Source: Massalongia carnosa
Taxonomy: Eukaryota
Reading direction: 5' to 3'
NCBI GenBank assembly: GCA_965645245.1
Contig: OZ287069.1
Coordinates: forward strand, 1,860,001-1,924,000
Length of the DNA: 64,000 nt
Numbering within the stretch: the stretch's first letter is position 1; each line of letters starts with the position of its first letter. Below are positions 14,048 through 25,600 of this stretch, one piece after another. The notes under the pieces were generated by a model, which ran no database searches, was not told the origin of the DNA, and saw nothing but the letters and a program-made list of their open reading frames with translations. Position numbers and translations under genes: made by a program.

Positions 14048-15395
14048 CAGTACTAGGTCAAAAGTTTCCGACAGCCCATCAACTTTTTACCCCCCCACTG
14101 CTTTGAATTATCAACCACCAAGTTTTTATTTTGATGCCTTGAAACTTCGTACGATGATTACATATATTCTAGCAACGAGTTTGGGCTGAGAAATATATTT
14201 TGAATATTTCGTATACCATCCTTTCGATTGGATGCAAGCTTCAATCCTCCTTTCCATGCTCACTATTCCATGCTCACTATTAAACTTCTCAACATTTCCT
14301 CATCTATCAAGGCCCATGCTTCTTCCAACGCTTTCCAAAGTACCTCGTGGACCTTATCATCACTACTAGTCACCGAATCGATGTCCGGATTGACTTGATA
14401 AACGAGCTGTTTGAGCACATACCAAACGTGCTCGATGGGATTCAAATTAGGAGAATAAGGAGGCCAATCGATGATTGTTATACCGTTTTCATCGAACCAT
14501 TTCTTCACCTTTTTGGTAGTATGAATCAGTGCATTATCCTGCATGAAAATGAGGCCCGGTTCCCAAATTCCAAGCAGATTATCGTTCAATAATTCCAAAT
14601 ATGAATTCGCGGAGTACCCCATCTTCTTTGCTTCGAAATCGCGGGCCAATTTATAAAGATCTGACCTTTCTCTCCTCCAAAAAGCTCCCCATACCATAAC
14701 CTTGACCTCCTTGCCTTTGGCGTACGGTTGTATCATAGGTTTTTCCATTTTTCCTCCGGAAATCTGAACATCCATTGACGCTGTTTTCCTGACCCCTTTC
14801 CCACCGAACACTCGTCTGACCATATAATTTTTTACCATTGCTCAGAAGTCCACTCACGCCGAAGCAAGCACCATTCCAATCTCCTCTTTGCCACCTCGGG
14901 CGTCAATAAAGGCCGCTTTTTAGCCAGCCAGTTTGTTAGACCGTAGTCTTTGAGCGTCCGATAGAGAGTGGATCGACTGCATTGCACCCCGGCCTCCGTA
15001 CGCAGCTGCGCATAGGTGATGCGAGGATTGATTCGTGCAAATTTGATGGTACGTCTTCTATCGCGATCCGAAAATATTCCAGGCCGACCCGATCGCGATT
15101 TGGACTTTTCGTTGTTGCGTTCTGGGTGCTTTTGAAGAGTGTAAATGACGGTGGTTCGAGGCACATTTAATGTCTTTGCAATTTCGGCCGGTGCATGCCC
15201 CAACGCCTGGGCTCCAATAACCATTCCTCGTTGAAATTGATTCAATTCGGTGTTACGAGGCTCATTACCAGAAATTGAAGCCAACGTAGTGCGTGGCATG
15301 GTGAAATGATGAGGTCAAAGTTGATGGGTTGGAGGGGTTGAAACGCGAAATCAAGAAAATCGCGGGTAGAGTCGGAAACTTTTGACATGGGACTG
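14048..15395 (-). mobile_element. Tc1/mariner (DD34E, impala-like) DNA transposon, copy 1, defective
   Basis: TA at 14046-14047 and 15396-15397. 25-bp imperfect TIRs CAGTACTAGGTCAAAAGTTTCCGAC / CAGTCCCATGTCAAAAGTTTCCGAC (3 mismatches). Confidence 0.95.
14200..15299 (-). pseudogene. Tc1 transposase pseudogene (copy 1)
   Basis: HTH region, GRP, WSDE, FMQDNA-34aa-E in WPPYSPNLNPIEHVW. Premature TAA at 14832-14834, frameshift near 14740 and a 14-bp tandem duplication TTCCATGCTCACTA at 14252-14279. 3' end approximate. Confidence 0.92.
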
Positions 15396-16458
15396 TATCT
15401 GCCCAGACCCTCTGAAAAGAAGCAAAGAAGAAATTCGGACTTGATCATCTCTAAGTCCTCGTCGCCACGATCTCTAATTGGTTTCTCAAGTTTTACTACA
15501 AGAATAGGTAAGAATAAGGTCTATCAGCATTTGTACCTCTCGATCACGATATCGATCATCGATACATGGTCGTTTTTGCTGCAAGTATCTGACGACAACG
15601 TAGAGTACTGCAAACGTTTTCCATCTTTTGACGATGCATTGGAAAAAGAAGAAATGTTGGATTGATAAGGCCGAAACCCCTCTTTCATCAGAGTTCGGAA
15701 TCTGCTTCGTGGTCAATGTTGTGCCGGAACAAGACTTTCAACTTTTGGGAGACTGGAGCACACTGGAGAACAGTGAAAGTTGACCTCTTTGGTTTCGTCC
15801 GTTGAGTGTATGAAATGCAAATAGTTGCGGTTTCTTAACCTTACAATGTCCCACAACTTCACGGCGTGCAAAGCAATGGAGAGTCGTCAGCCTCCTCTGA
15901 ACACACGTGAGAAACCTCTTCTTGCTGCGTACCATCTGTTGTCAGGAATTACTCGCCCTCAAACATTCACTGATTGGCGTGTCTGCTACCCAAGAACCTT
16001 GAGCAGCGGCCTCTCTTACACAAGGTTGATAACTTGCCAAGACTACGACCGTCGCCCGTATCGTGGCTTTAGAGTCTCGGCCACCACCAGCTATTTGAAG
16101 AAAAGGGACATTTGAAATTCTTGCATGCAGAGCACTTCTTCCTTCTCTATTCGACATGGCGCATGCTGGCCATCTGCTGGGAGGAATAGTCGATTGATAC
16201 AGGCTTTCTGTATTGTCACGTGAGGGCTTGGGAAATAGATACAATCCATGATGGTCATTCTTAAAGGAGTCTCAACTGCGCTGGAATTCTGAGAGCCAGT
16301 CTTGTTGGCAGGCAGTTTCCCTCACCGCTAACAAAATGGCCGGACTGGAGAAGCAAAACTCTCACCACATATTTCACAATTTAACGTGAGACGAACGGGA
16401 AAGCGAGTGACAATAACTACACATATCACTATCTAGGGAGGAAGAGGGGACACTTCTG

Positions 16459-16581
16459 AGTGTACCGAGTATCGTACAGTGTACCGAGTATCGTACAGTG
16501 TACCGAGTATCGTACAGTGTACCGAGTATCGTACAGTGTGCCGAGTATCGTACAGTGTACCAAGTATAGTGTATCGAGTAC
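16459..16581. repeat. 19-bp minisatellite AGTGTACCGAGTATCGTAC, 5 full plus 2 truncated units
   Basis: Units start at 16459, 16478, 16497, 16516 and 16535 (one A>G), followed by 14-bp degenerate units at 16554 and 16568. No spacers. Confidence 0.95.
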
Positions 16582-16656
16582 AGAATTGCCTAAAGTAGCA
16601 GCAGCGCAAGGCAGCTCTGCGGGTTAATGATTAGGGCTAGTGGAGGCATATAGTGT

Positions 16657-16730
16657 TAATCGTGCTAGACCACTTTCGGAATGCAGATAAGGGGTGCTCT
16701 CTGCATTCCGAAAGTGGTCTAGCACGATTA
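16657..16730. repeat. Perfect 31-bp inverted repeat with 12-nt loop (hairpin B)
   Basis: 16657-16687 TAATCGTGCTAGACCACTTTCGGAATGCAGA is the exact reverse complement of 16700-16730. Confidence 0.97.
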
Positions 16731-17028
16731 GGGTTAACTAGTTGGGTTCTATCCGTATTCTTGGCAGGCGGGTTTTAATCTTCAATCGGACTTGACTTAT
16801 CTCTCCTCACCCTACTGATCCGTGCACGCACCAGATCACACCCAAACGCAGGGCTCTAGCCAGCATTTACCCTCCCTATCTCGTACCTCGACACTTCGGA
16901 GTTGAATAGCGAGTGATATGTGGGCATTTCAGGACCATGATTCCCCAACGATGTCATGATCCGGCGGCACTGTATGGAGAATACGACCTGGTAGACCAGT
17001 CGAGCCAATCAGCCGTCGGAGGTCTTTG

Positions 17029-17086
17029 CACGTGCAGTCGCGATAGATCCCCATCAACACTTGAGAGGCAATACTGCATACACGTG
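17029..17086. promoter_or_regulatory. Two CACGTG E-boxes (putative Pho4/NUC-1/PalcA sites) upstream of alkaline phosphatase
   Basis: CACGTG at 17029-17034 and 17081-17086, within 175 bp of the ATG at 17202. Confidence 0.5.
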
Positions 17087-17201
17087 GGCATGGAGCTGGG
17101 ATGTACCCAGACAATGACGAGGCTATGCATTTTGCTACAAAATCCAGGCTGGATCTTCCATGCGACAACTTTCAAGCTGCGAACGATCCCTCGCAAACAC
17201 C

Positions 17202-19320
17202 ATGGCCTTCAAGATACCATACATCGCTGCCGCGGCTTCTTTGCTGCTTGGTTTGACGGGAGCACAAACGTTCCAGAGATTGGGGGGTTGTCCAACGTTG
17301 GGATGTATTATTCCTCCGGATCAGTAGGTCCCACCTGGCCCTGGACGAGTCTGTGATCAAGTTAATGAGGGTCAAAGGACCGACTTTCTGGCTGGGCAAT
17401 TCTTCGACATTCGTCTCGAAGTACATGCACCTGTCAATGGAAGTCAAGCGAATGGGGGCATTCCAGATCCGAATTTCACCTTCTCAATTGAAAAAGTTGG
17501 CGGAAGCCCCAAGAATGCTTCACTCTTCTTCAAGGTGGCAGAACCGGCTCTCGAAAGATGGAACTTTACCTGGTATGAAGGTACGTACTGTGCTCCTTTC
17601 ATTTCCATTTCAGCTCTGAATTATGATCCAAACAGATCTCTTCGCTCGTGACGCTTATAAACCCTCGGTTGTCCGTGTCACCTCTAAGGCGTACCGCAGA
17701 GTCGCCTTATACGAGCCAGGAAAGTACACTGCGACCCTCACGTACTATGATGGCACCAAGACCACTGCTTCATGGCTAGTACGCGACCTTGCCACCGTCC
17801 GGAAAGCCAAGAACATAGTGCTTTTCATTGGCGACGGCATGACCACTAACATGATTACTGCGGCACGTCTCATCGCCCACAAGCAGGTCAACGGGCGATA
17901 TCAGTCCCGCTTGCAGATGGACAAGTTCCCAGTCTTGGGTCATCAGATGACGCATTCATTAGATAGCTTCATTACCGACAGCGCAAACAGTGCGACTGCT
18001 TTGTATTCAGGGCATAAAAGCTCGGTCAATGCACTTGGAGTGTACGCTGATAGCTCTAAGAACCCTTTTGACGATCCAAAAGTCGAAAGTATCGCTGAGA
18101 TATTCCACCGGGTGACTGGCGGTGGTGTTGGCATTGTCTCCACAGCATTCATCGCAGATGCCACACCAGGAGCATTGACAGCTCACACGCGCGATCGATC
18201 GCAGTACGGGCAGGTCGTTGATTCTTTCCTCAATGGCAACACAAACTACACTTGGACAAACTGGACCGGCCCTGACGTTCTTTTTGGGGGTGGAGCTGAA
18301 CAGTTTATTCCTGGGCCGGAATCGTATTTGGGTAAAGACTATTATGCCGAGTTTGCTAAGAAAGGCTACAACGTTGTCCAAAATAAGACTTCGCTCGCCA
18401 AAACCTCCAACAAAACCAAGACTCTTGGTATCTTTTCCATCTCCAACATGGCCAAATGGCTGGATCGAAACGTGTATACAGCCAACCTAATCGGAAATCA
18501 AGACTCGCCTGATGGAAGTGGAGGCTCCGCAAACGACCAGCCAGGACTCAAGGAGATGACGCTTAAGGCGATTGATATCCTGCAAACCCGCAACAGCGAG
18601 AAAGGCTGGTTTCTGATGTCTGAAGCAGCATCAATCGATAAACAGATGCATGTTCTGGACTATGACCGTGCCCTAGGCGAGCTCCTCGAGCTTGATGACA
18701 CCATCAAAGCTACATTTGCCCACCTCGCTGCTCTAGGGACGTTAAACAATACCCTGGTCCTTGTGACAGCTGACCATGGCCATGGATTCGATGTGATGGG
18801 AAGCGTAGACACCAAATATCTTGCAGCCCAAGGAACCGATCGCAGCAAGCGCAGCGCAATTGGCACCTATGCCCAAAGTGGCCTGAGCCAGTATACCAAC
18901 CCCAACAGCGAGAGTGGTCCAAGTTCCAATTCATCTTCGCACAACAACAACTCCCTCACTCATATGAATGATACTTTTTTTCCAGCGAATTGGGATCCAC
19001 GCTACACGCTTTTTTCTGCTCTGGGAGCCGATCCGGATCGCCGGGAAAATTATCAGGTTCACAAGTCAGGTCCACGCAAACCCGCTGTCAACATCACAGG
19101 GTTTCCCGCCAACGAATACTTTGTGAACTACAAAGACGCGGTATCGGGATTCATTATCAACGGAACCCTGCCAACCGATGCAGACCAGGGTGTACACAGT
19201 CTAACAGATGTACCTGTCTTCGCCAGTGGGCCATGTCAAGAGCTGTTTGGAGGTGTCTATAACAATATAGATATTTTCTTTGGGTTGGCAAATTGCTTTG
19301 GCCTTGCAAGGAAAAGTTAA
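17202..19320 (+). CDS. Secreted alkaline phosphatase
   Basis: Signal peptide MAFKIPYIAAAASLLLGLTGA; introns 17324-17377 and 17581-17635. Motifs NIVLFIGDGM, TDSANSATA (catalytic Ser), EAASIDKQMH, VTADHGH, GVHSLTDVPVFA. Confidence 0.95.
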
Positions 19321-19391
19321 GGAAAATGAGTGAGGTTAGGAAATCGCCAGGCGATATAAAAGCAGTAAAGCGAGGCAAATGGTGACAATAT

Positions 19392-19612
19392 GATGATGAT
19401 GATTGATTCTTGTACCGATCTGACACCGGCCGAAGGCCGGCCCATGCGGGCTATCTACTTATTCTTACGGGGAAAACCTTTTAAAGGGATAAAAACCATG
19501 CAGACTGCGCCATTATCCCAAACGTGTTCCGTTTCTGGACTGCATTCTTCGCTCGATGTTCTGTGAAATCCTTGACAAAATGAGAGTTATCACTCGTATA
19601 ACAGTTGCGATG
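19392..19612 (-). mobile_element. 3' part of an old 5'-truncated Tad1-like LINE (ORF2 end SQLLYE*, 3' UTR, (CAT)4 tail)
   Basis: The reverse complement is clearly similar to the LINE 3' end at 26076-26229 (ATGGTTTTTA..AAAAGGTTTTCC..TAGATAG..GCCCGCATGGGCCGGCC.). It abuts the TSD copy ATGGTGACAATAT at 19379-19391. Confidence 0.9.
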
Positions 19613-19748
19613 ATGTTTTCCTGACGAATTACTTCAAACTTGCCTTGTAACGGTTATGATACTTTCATTTGTTTGTAAACATCTTGAGATATTGAAATCA
19701 AGAAATTCCATAGCATTGAGTAACAACCCGCTAGTGAGTCATTATATA

Positions 19749-21090
19749 CAGTACTAGGCCAAAAGTCTGCGGCCCCGCACCCCACCAACATTTCAATCAT
19801 TCTATTTCAATCAACAATCAACCACGTCACGATTGCTGAAATGTCTTGAAACTTTACATAATGATTACATACATACTAAACAAGAATTCCCCCAAAAATT
19901 GATTTTTAATATTTAGTATACCATCCTTCCGACGCTATACACGCTTTTATCCTCCTATTCATGCTCTCTATTAACCTCCTCATCATTTTCACATCTATCA
20001 ACGTCCAGGCTTCTTCTAACGCTTTCCAAAGTACCTCACGAACAGTTTCATCACTGCCGATCACCAAATCTATGTTCGGGTTGACTTGATAGATGAGCTT
20101 TTTGAGCACATACCAAACGTGCTCGATGGGATTTAAATCAGGTGAATAGGGGGGCCAATCGATGACCTCTATGCCGTTCTCATTGAACCATTCCATCACG
20201 TTTTTAGCCTTATGTATAGGTGCGTTATCCTGCATGAAAATGAGGCCCGGTTGCCAAATTCCAAGCAGATTATCGTTCAATAATTCCTTCCATATATGAG
20301 TTCGCCGAGTACCCCATCTTCTTCGCAGCAAAATCACGAGCCAATTTGTAAAGATCTGACCTGTCATCTCCCCAAAAAGCTGCCCAGACCATGACACTGA
20401 CTCCTTTGCCTTTGGGGACAGGTTGTATCATCTCTTTATTCCATTTTTCTTTCGGCAATCTGAACACCCACTGACGCTGTTTTCCTGACCCCTTTTCCAC
20501 CGAGCACTCATCTGACCATATAACTCTTGACCAATGCTCAAAAGTCCACTCACGCCGCAGCAAGCACCAATCCAATCGTTTCTTGGCCACCTCAGGCGTC
20601 AATAAAGGTCGTTTTTTAGCCACCCAGTTGGTTAAACCATACAGTTTGAGTGCCCGATAAATAGTCGTACGACTGCAGCCGAGCCCCACTTCTAGTTTGA
20701 TTTGTGCATAAGTGATTCGTGGATTGATTCGTGCATGCTTGATGATATAACGTCGATCGCGTTCTGACAGCACTTCAGGCCGTCCAGAACGTGATTTAGA
20801 CACGCCGTCGTTGCGAATTGAGTGCTTCTGAATGGTGCTCTGCACGGTCGATTTAGTGAAATTAAGAGTCTTCCCAATCTCGGTCGGTGTGTGCCCCAAC
20901 GCCTGGGCCCCAACAATCATACCACGTTGATATGGCGTCAATTCAGTGTTACGAGGCCGATTACCACTTATGGGGGTCAAAGAAGCACGAAGCATGGTGA
21001 AATGATGAGGTGGAAGATGGGGGTTGATGAGTTGAAAACGCGAAATCACGAAAATTACGGGTTGGGCCGTAGACTTTTGGCACGGGACTG
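19749..21090 (-). mobile_element. Tc1/mariner (DD34E) DNA transposon, copy 2, nested in the LINE 5' region
   Basis: TA at 19747-19748 and 21091-21092. 27-bp imperfect TIRs CAGTACTAGGCCAAAAGTCTGCGGCCC / CAGTCCCGTGCCAAAAGTCTACGGCCC. Confidence 0.95.
19906..20995 (-). pseudogene. Tc1 transposase (copy 2) with a single frameshift
   Basis: MLRASLTPISGN..WSDE..FMQDNAPIH..WPPYSPDLNPIEHVW..GWYTKY*. A 4-bp GGAA duplication near 20284-20291 (relative to copy 1) splits the frame. Confidence 0.93.
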
Positions 21091-21123
21091 TAGGTACGCC
21101 TATTACATCGATATCTAAGGGCG

Positions 21124-22605
21124 ATGATGAATTCATTCAATCAGCAAAACGCGTTCTTGAATGAACATAGCGAAAAGAAGGAAAGCTTGCGTGAGAAAAT
21201 CAAGGAGTATCTTGATCGTGTAGGCACTGTGGGTGACCCGGTGGCGTTACAGTTGCTGAAAAATTCAGCAGAGCTTTTGCAAGCGCAAAAGCAGATCGAC
21301 GACGAAGTCGCAAAGGCGCCCAATATCCTTAATGCCACTCTACAATCTATTCAACAAACACTGACACGCATAGAACAGAAGGATACAACTCCCCAAAGCT
21401 ACGCCGCTGCCGCCACGGGGCGAGGTCGTGATGGACCCGCACCCCCAGCGAAGAAAAATGTCAAGTCCCAACCGACTTCAAAGGACAAAACACCTACACC
21501 GAAGGAAGCGCGACGCGCTCGAGAAATCACTGTTCACATAACGGAGAATGCAGATAAGGAAAAAATAAAGCTGATGCCAACCAAAGAGCTGGTAGAAACA
21601 TTGCAAAATGGAGCGGAAGGAATACGAGGAGTGTCGCGCTTGTTAAATGGCGACATAAGGATTCAGACCGAGTCATTGGAGGCAAAGAAAATTCTGCAGG
21701 AAAAGACCGACTGGACCCGCATGATGGCCGCCTCCGCAGCGGTGAATACTCGTACCTTCACTGTAAGGGCAAATGGAATCAGGGTGGAAAACATCAAAGT
21801 GGCCAATCAATCAACTGCTATCGCGTACCTGCAGGCCGCCAACGCACGCCTGCATCCTGCCCTCAAGATCATCAAAGTAGCTTGGTCAGTCAAGGCCATC
21901 AGGGAGAAGAAAGCATACTCCACGCTACACATGGAGGTCGCTACCGCCGAGATGGCCAACCGGCTCATCACCGAGGGTCTGATGGAGGACTACGAAATAA
22001 AAGACTGTGAGCGTTTTACACGCGGTTGCACCATGACCCAATGCTTCAATTGTCAGAAATATGGCCACATAGGTAGATCATGTCGCAATCCCGCCGCTTG
22101 TGGCCACTGTGCCGGTGGACATCAAAGTAAAGAATGCAACTTGGAGACAACGGGGCAATACCGTCGATGTGCCGTATGCGGAGAGAAGGGACACGAGGCG
22201 TGGTCTACAGCATGCAAAATCAGAAAGGCTGAAAAGCGAAAAACTGAAATTGCTATGCAAAATCGCGCTCCACTATACACAATCGAGTCACAATCGCCCT
22301 CATTCCAGTTTCAAGGAGCGCCGACACTCGCAGCTACACAAACGAACGAAATTTCGTCAACATGGAAGATTGTGAACGGCAAGAAAAGAAAAATGCACAA
22401 CGCGGGGCTCTCAGCCGATTTATCACCGGGCTTCCCCCGAGGAGAGCAAGTATCAACCTGGGCTAATATAGGCATTATGAATCCTGAAAACATGATCAAA
22501 GCCTTAGCAAAACCAGCGCTAGGTAGACCCCGCGCAGAATCCGTAGTAACGACAGGTACCCAGGCCACCCCAGTCACAGTGGTCGAAATCATGGAAATCC
22601 TATGA
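21124..22605 (+). CDS. LINE ORF1 gag-like nucleic-acid-binding protein
   Basis: Open 493-aa ORF with a coiled coil, SYAAAA motif and three knuckles CFNCQKYGHIGRSC, CGHCAGGHQSKEC, CAVCGEKGHEAWSTAC. Overlaps ORF2 by ATGA. Confidence 0.9.
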   Translation: MMNSFNQQNAFLNEHSEKKESLREKIKEYLDRVGTVGDPVALQLLKNSAELLQAQKQIDDEVAKAPNILNATLQSIQQTLTRIEQKDTTPQSYAAAATGRGRDGPAPPAKKNVKSQPTSKDKTPTPKEARRAREITVHITENADKEKIKLMPTKELVETLQNGAEGIRGVSRLLNGDIRIQTESLEAKKILQEKTDWTRMMAASAAVNTRTFTVRANGIRVENIKVANQSTAIAYLQAANARLHPALKIIKVAWSVKAIREKKAYSTLHMEVATAEMANRLITEGLMEDYEIKDCERFTRGCTMTQCFNCQKYGHIGRSCRNPAACGHCAGGHQSKECNLETTGQYRRCAVCGEKGHEAWSTACKIRKAEKRKTEIAMQNRAPLYTIESQSPSFQFQGAPTLAATQTNEISSTWKIVNGKKRKMHNAGLSADLSPGFPRGEQVSTWANIGIMNPENMIKALAKPALGRPRAESVVTTGTQATPVTVVEIMEIL

Positions 22606-25600
22606 GGGACACAAAATCCCTCTCGATATTGCAGTATAATGTCAGAAATGACAGAGTGAGTACTATGATACCCCTCTTAGCAGACACAAACACCCAGGAC
22701 TATGATATCATTGCAATACAGGAGCCGTGGCGCAACCCAACCGCCCCCACATCGCTCAGTTCACATCAAAGTGGCTTTCACCTTATATACCGCCCAGGAG
22801 GCGACACCAGAGTGTGCTTCTATATCAACGATTCAATAGACACTGACAGCTGGGAAGTAGAATTTCCCTCGGCCGACATGTGCACGCTAAAAATAGAAAC
22901 ATGCACCGAAGGCGTAGCGGAGGTGATCAATATACACAACGTATACAATCCCTCCCCTGCCTCCTATTCGTCCACTGACAGCCCCTCCACTCTATCGACC
23001 GCTCGGAGCATGCTAACCCAAGGCGTGCATCATATCCTGCTTGGTGATTTCAATCTGCATCATCCATTTTGGAACGGTTCTTCAAGACCCACACAACATG
23101 CTGCAGCGGATCAATTGTTAGATATCATCGATGAATTCAATCTCTCGCTAACATTGCCGAAAGGCACCGTAACATGGGAAGCAAGAAACACGTTTAGCAC
23201 GATCGATCTAGTTTTCATGTCAGAATATCTAGTTGAAAGACTTGAACACTGCATGACCAGACCAGAATTAAATCAATCGTCCGATCACGTACCGATATCA
23301 ACCCGCATCCTACTCGGTAGTGAGTCGCAACCAAAAAGTAAACGCAGGGCATGGAAACTTCTGAATTTGGAAAAATTAAGGGAAGCCGAGCGCCACGCAC
23401 CTCCACCGACGTCTCCCTGCACACCTGCCGAGATCGATACGTACACAGAATCGATTCAAAAATTCCTACAAAATGTCATCAATGCAGCCGTTCCATGGGC
23501 GAAACCTAGCGAATATGCTAAGCCTTTCTGGACAGAAGAATGCAATATTGCCACCAAAGCCACACGAACCGCATATGGTCTGACACACGAGATCCAGCGG
23601 ACTGGTCCAACTACATGAAATCTAATGACAAGAAACAGAAAATTATCCAAAAAGCAAAGAGGACAAATTTTCGTCAAGAGATCAGTAAGGCTACCGAAAC
23701 GCCTCAGGGTCTGTGGCGGCTAGCGAAATGGGCCAAAGACAAAAGTCACTCAGCTAGAGAAGTACCCAAAATGCCGACTTTAAAGTTCAATGATCAAATA
23801 GCAGACACGTTTGATGAGAAAGCCGAAATGCTGAAAAGCATTTTCTTTCCCGCACCACCACCGGCCGACTTAAGCGATATAGAAAGATCCTTCTATCCAG
23901 CATCGCCGCACTGTCCAATGATCATCACCAGGTCAGAAGTGTCGAAGGCCCTGCATCGGCTCAAGCCCGATAAAGCACCGGGTCCTGACGGCATATCTAA
24001 TATAGTACTCAAGGCATGCGCGGAAAAACTTGTTGAACTATTAACACCTCTGTTTCAGGCGTGCGTTACACTTTCGTACCATCCCCGAGCCTTCAAAATG
24101 GCAAACACAATAGCATTAAGAAAAATAGACAAAGGGAATTACACCACTCCAAAGGCTTACCGACCAATTGCATTACTCAACACTCTCAGCAAAGTAATGG
24201 AATCTATCATAGGATCAAAAATAACCTATTTAGCGGAAACACATCGGCTCCTACCCGACACACAGATGGGAGCGAGAAAGGGCAGATCTACAGAATCAGC
24301 TCTAGAGTTGTTAACCGAACAGGTTCACACGATTTGGGGACAAGGAAAAGATAAAGTAGCCACACTTTTAAGCATGGACGTCGCCGGCGCGTTTGATACA
24401 GTTTCACATAAAAGACTAACGCACAATCTACGTAAAAGAAAAATCCCGAAATGGATTACTGATTGGTTAAACAGCTTTTTAAATGATCGTAGCACAACTC
24501 TAGCTATAAATCGAAAAGCGACCGGACGATTCGCGGTGAGAACTGGCATACCACAGGGCTCTCCTCTCTCATCCATCCTTTATCTATTCTATAATGCAGA
24601 CCTATTGGAAATATGTGAGCGACCAGGCACAAACACAAGTGCCATAGGATTTGTAGACGATGCCAACATTTTGGCATACGGAAAAAGCACCGAAGAGAAT
24701 TGCAAGACTCTGGAGTCAATACACAGACAATGCGAAAAGTGGGCTTCCCGACACGGATCTCTATTCGCTCCGACGAAGTACGAACTCATTCACTTGTCTA
24801 GAAATCCCAAAAGATTCAATATGGCTGCATCTATCAACATTGCAAGCACCGAATTTGAACCAAAAACGGACATTAGAGTCTTAGGCTTGCAAATTGACAC
24901 CAAATTGAAATGGGGACCGCACGTTCGCAAAACGCAAAAGAAAATGGTTAAACAATCCATGGCATTGACAAAAATCTCCACATCGACTTGGGGTGCCACC
25001 TTCACCAAAGCAAGGCAAGTTTACAGCGCCGTAGTGCGTCCGGTCATGACATACGGGTCAACCGTATGGCACATGCCCAAAGAAGTCAAAAAGTCAAAAA
25101 CGTCAACGAGCAAGCTCTCCGTTATGCAAACAACTGCCTTCGCACCATAGCCGGTGCCTTTAAAGCCACTCCCATTCCAGTTCTTGAAGCAGAGACATAC
25201 ATAGCACCCATAGATGTACACCTCGACACGCTACAGGCGCAGGCCAGACATCGACTCCGAGCCGGAGGTCAATCGAAGGTCATTTCTTCCGCATGCAACA
25301 AAATAGTTAACAAAATTCAAGGCAAGGCAGGTCGCAAACGCCTTCAAAAACCCACTCCGGGAGAGCTGAAGCACACCTGGGCCAAAAACCTACTGATCGA
25401 CGCAAAAATCGTTCAACCACCCAAAGCACACCCACCATGGTCCGACCCCTCCCCAGCGCATCTCCGCGAAGTCTCCGTAGCAGCGTTGGCTCGTCAAAAA
25501 CAAATGCAGACAATTAAAGCACGACAGCTGAAAGTCTGGAACGACTCGTGGAGCGCATATCAAAATCGCGTCACCGAACCCTCCATAGCGCAATCAGTCC

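Noticed and set aside
15400..16250. Short ORFs after Tc1 copy 1 as a gene or relic
   Set aside because: No recognisable motif or consistent splice pattern; cannot be supported without a homology search.
16459..16581. CRISPR-like repeat array
   Set aside because: Units are head-to-tail with no spacers, there are no cas genes, and the host is eukaryotic; it is a minisatellite.
16629..16736. TTAGGG motifs as interstitial telomere
   Set aside because: Only isolated single hexamers; no tandem array.
16913..17619. ORFs 16913-17356 and 17353-17619
   Set aside because: Alternate frames overlapping the real phosphatase exons 1-2, which start at 17202.
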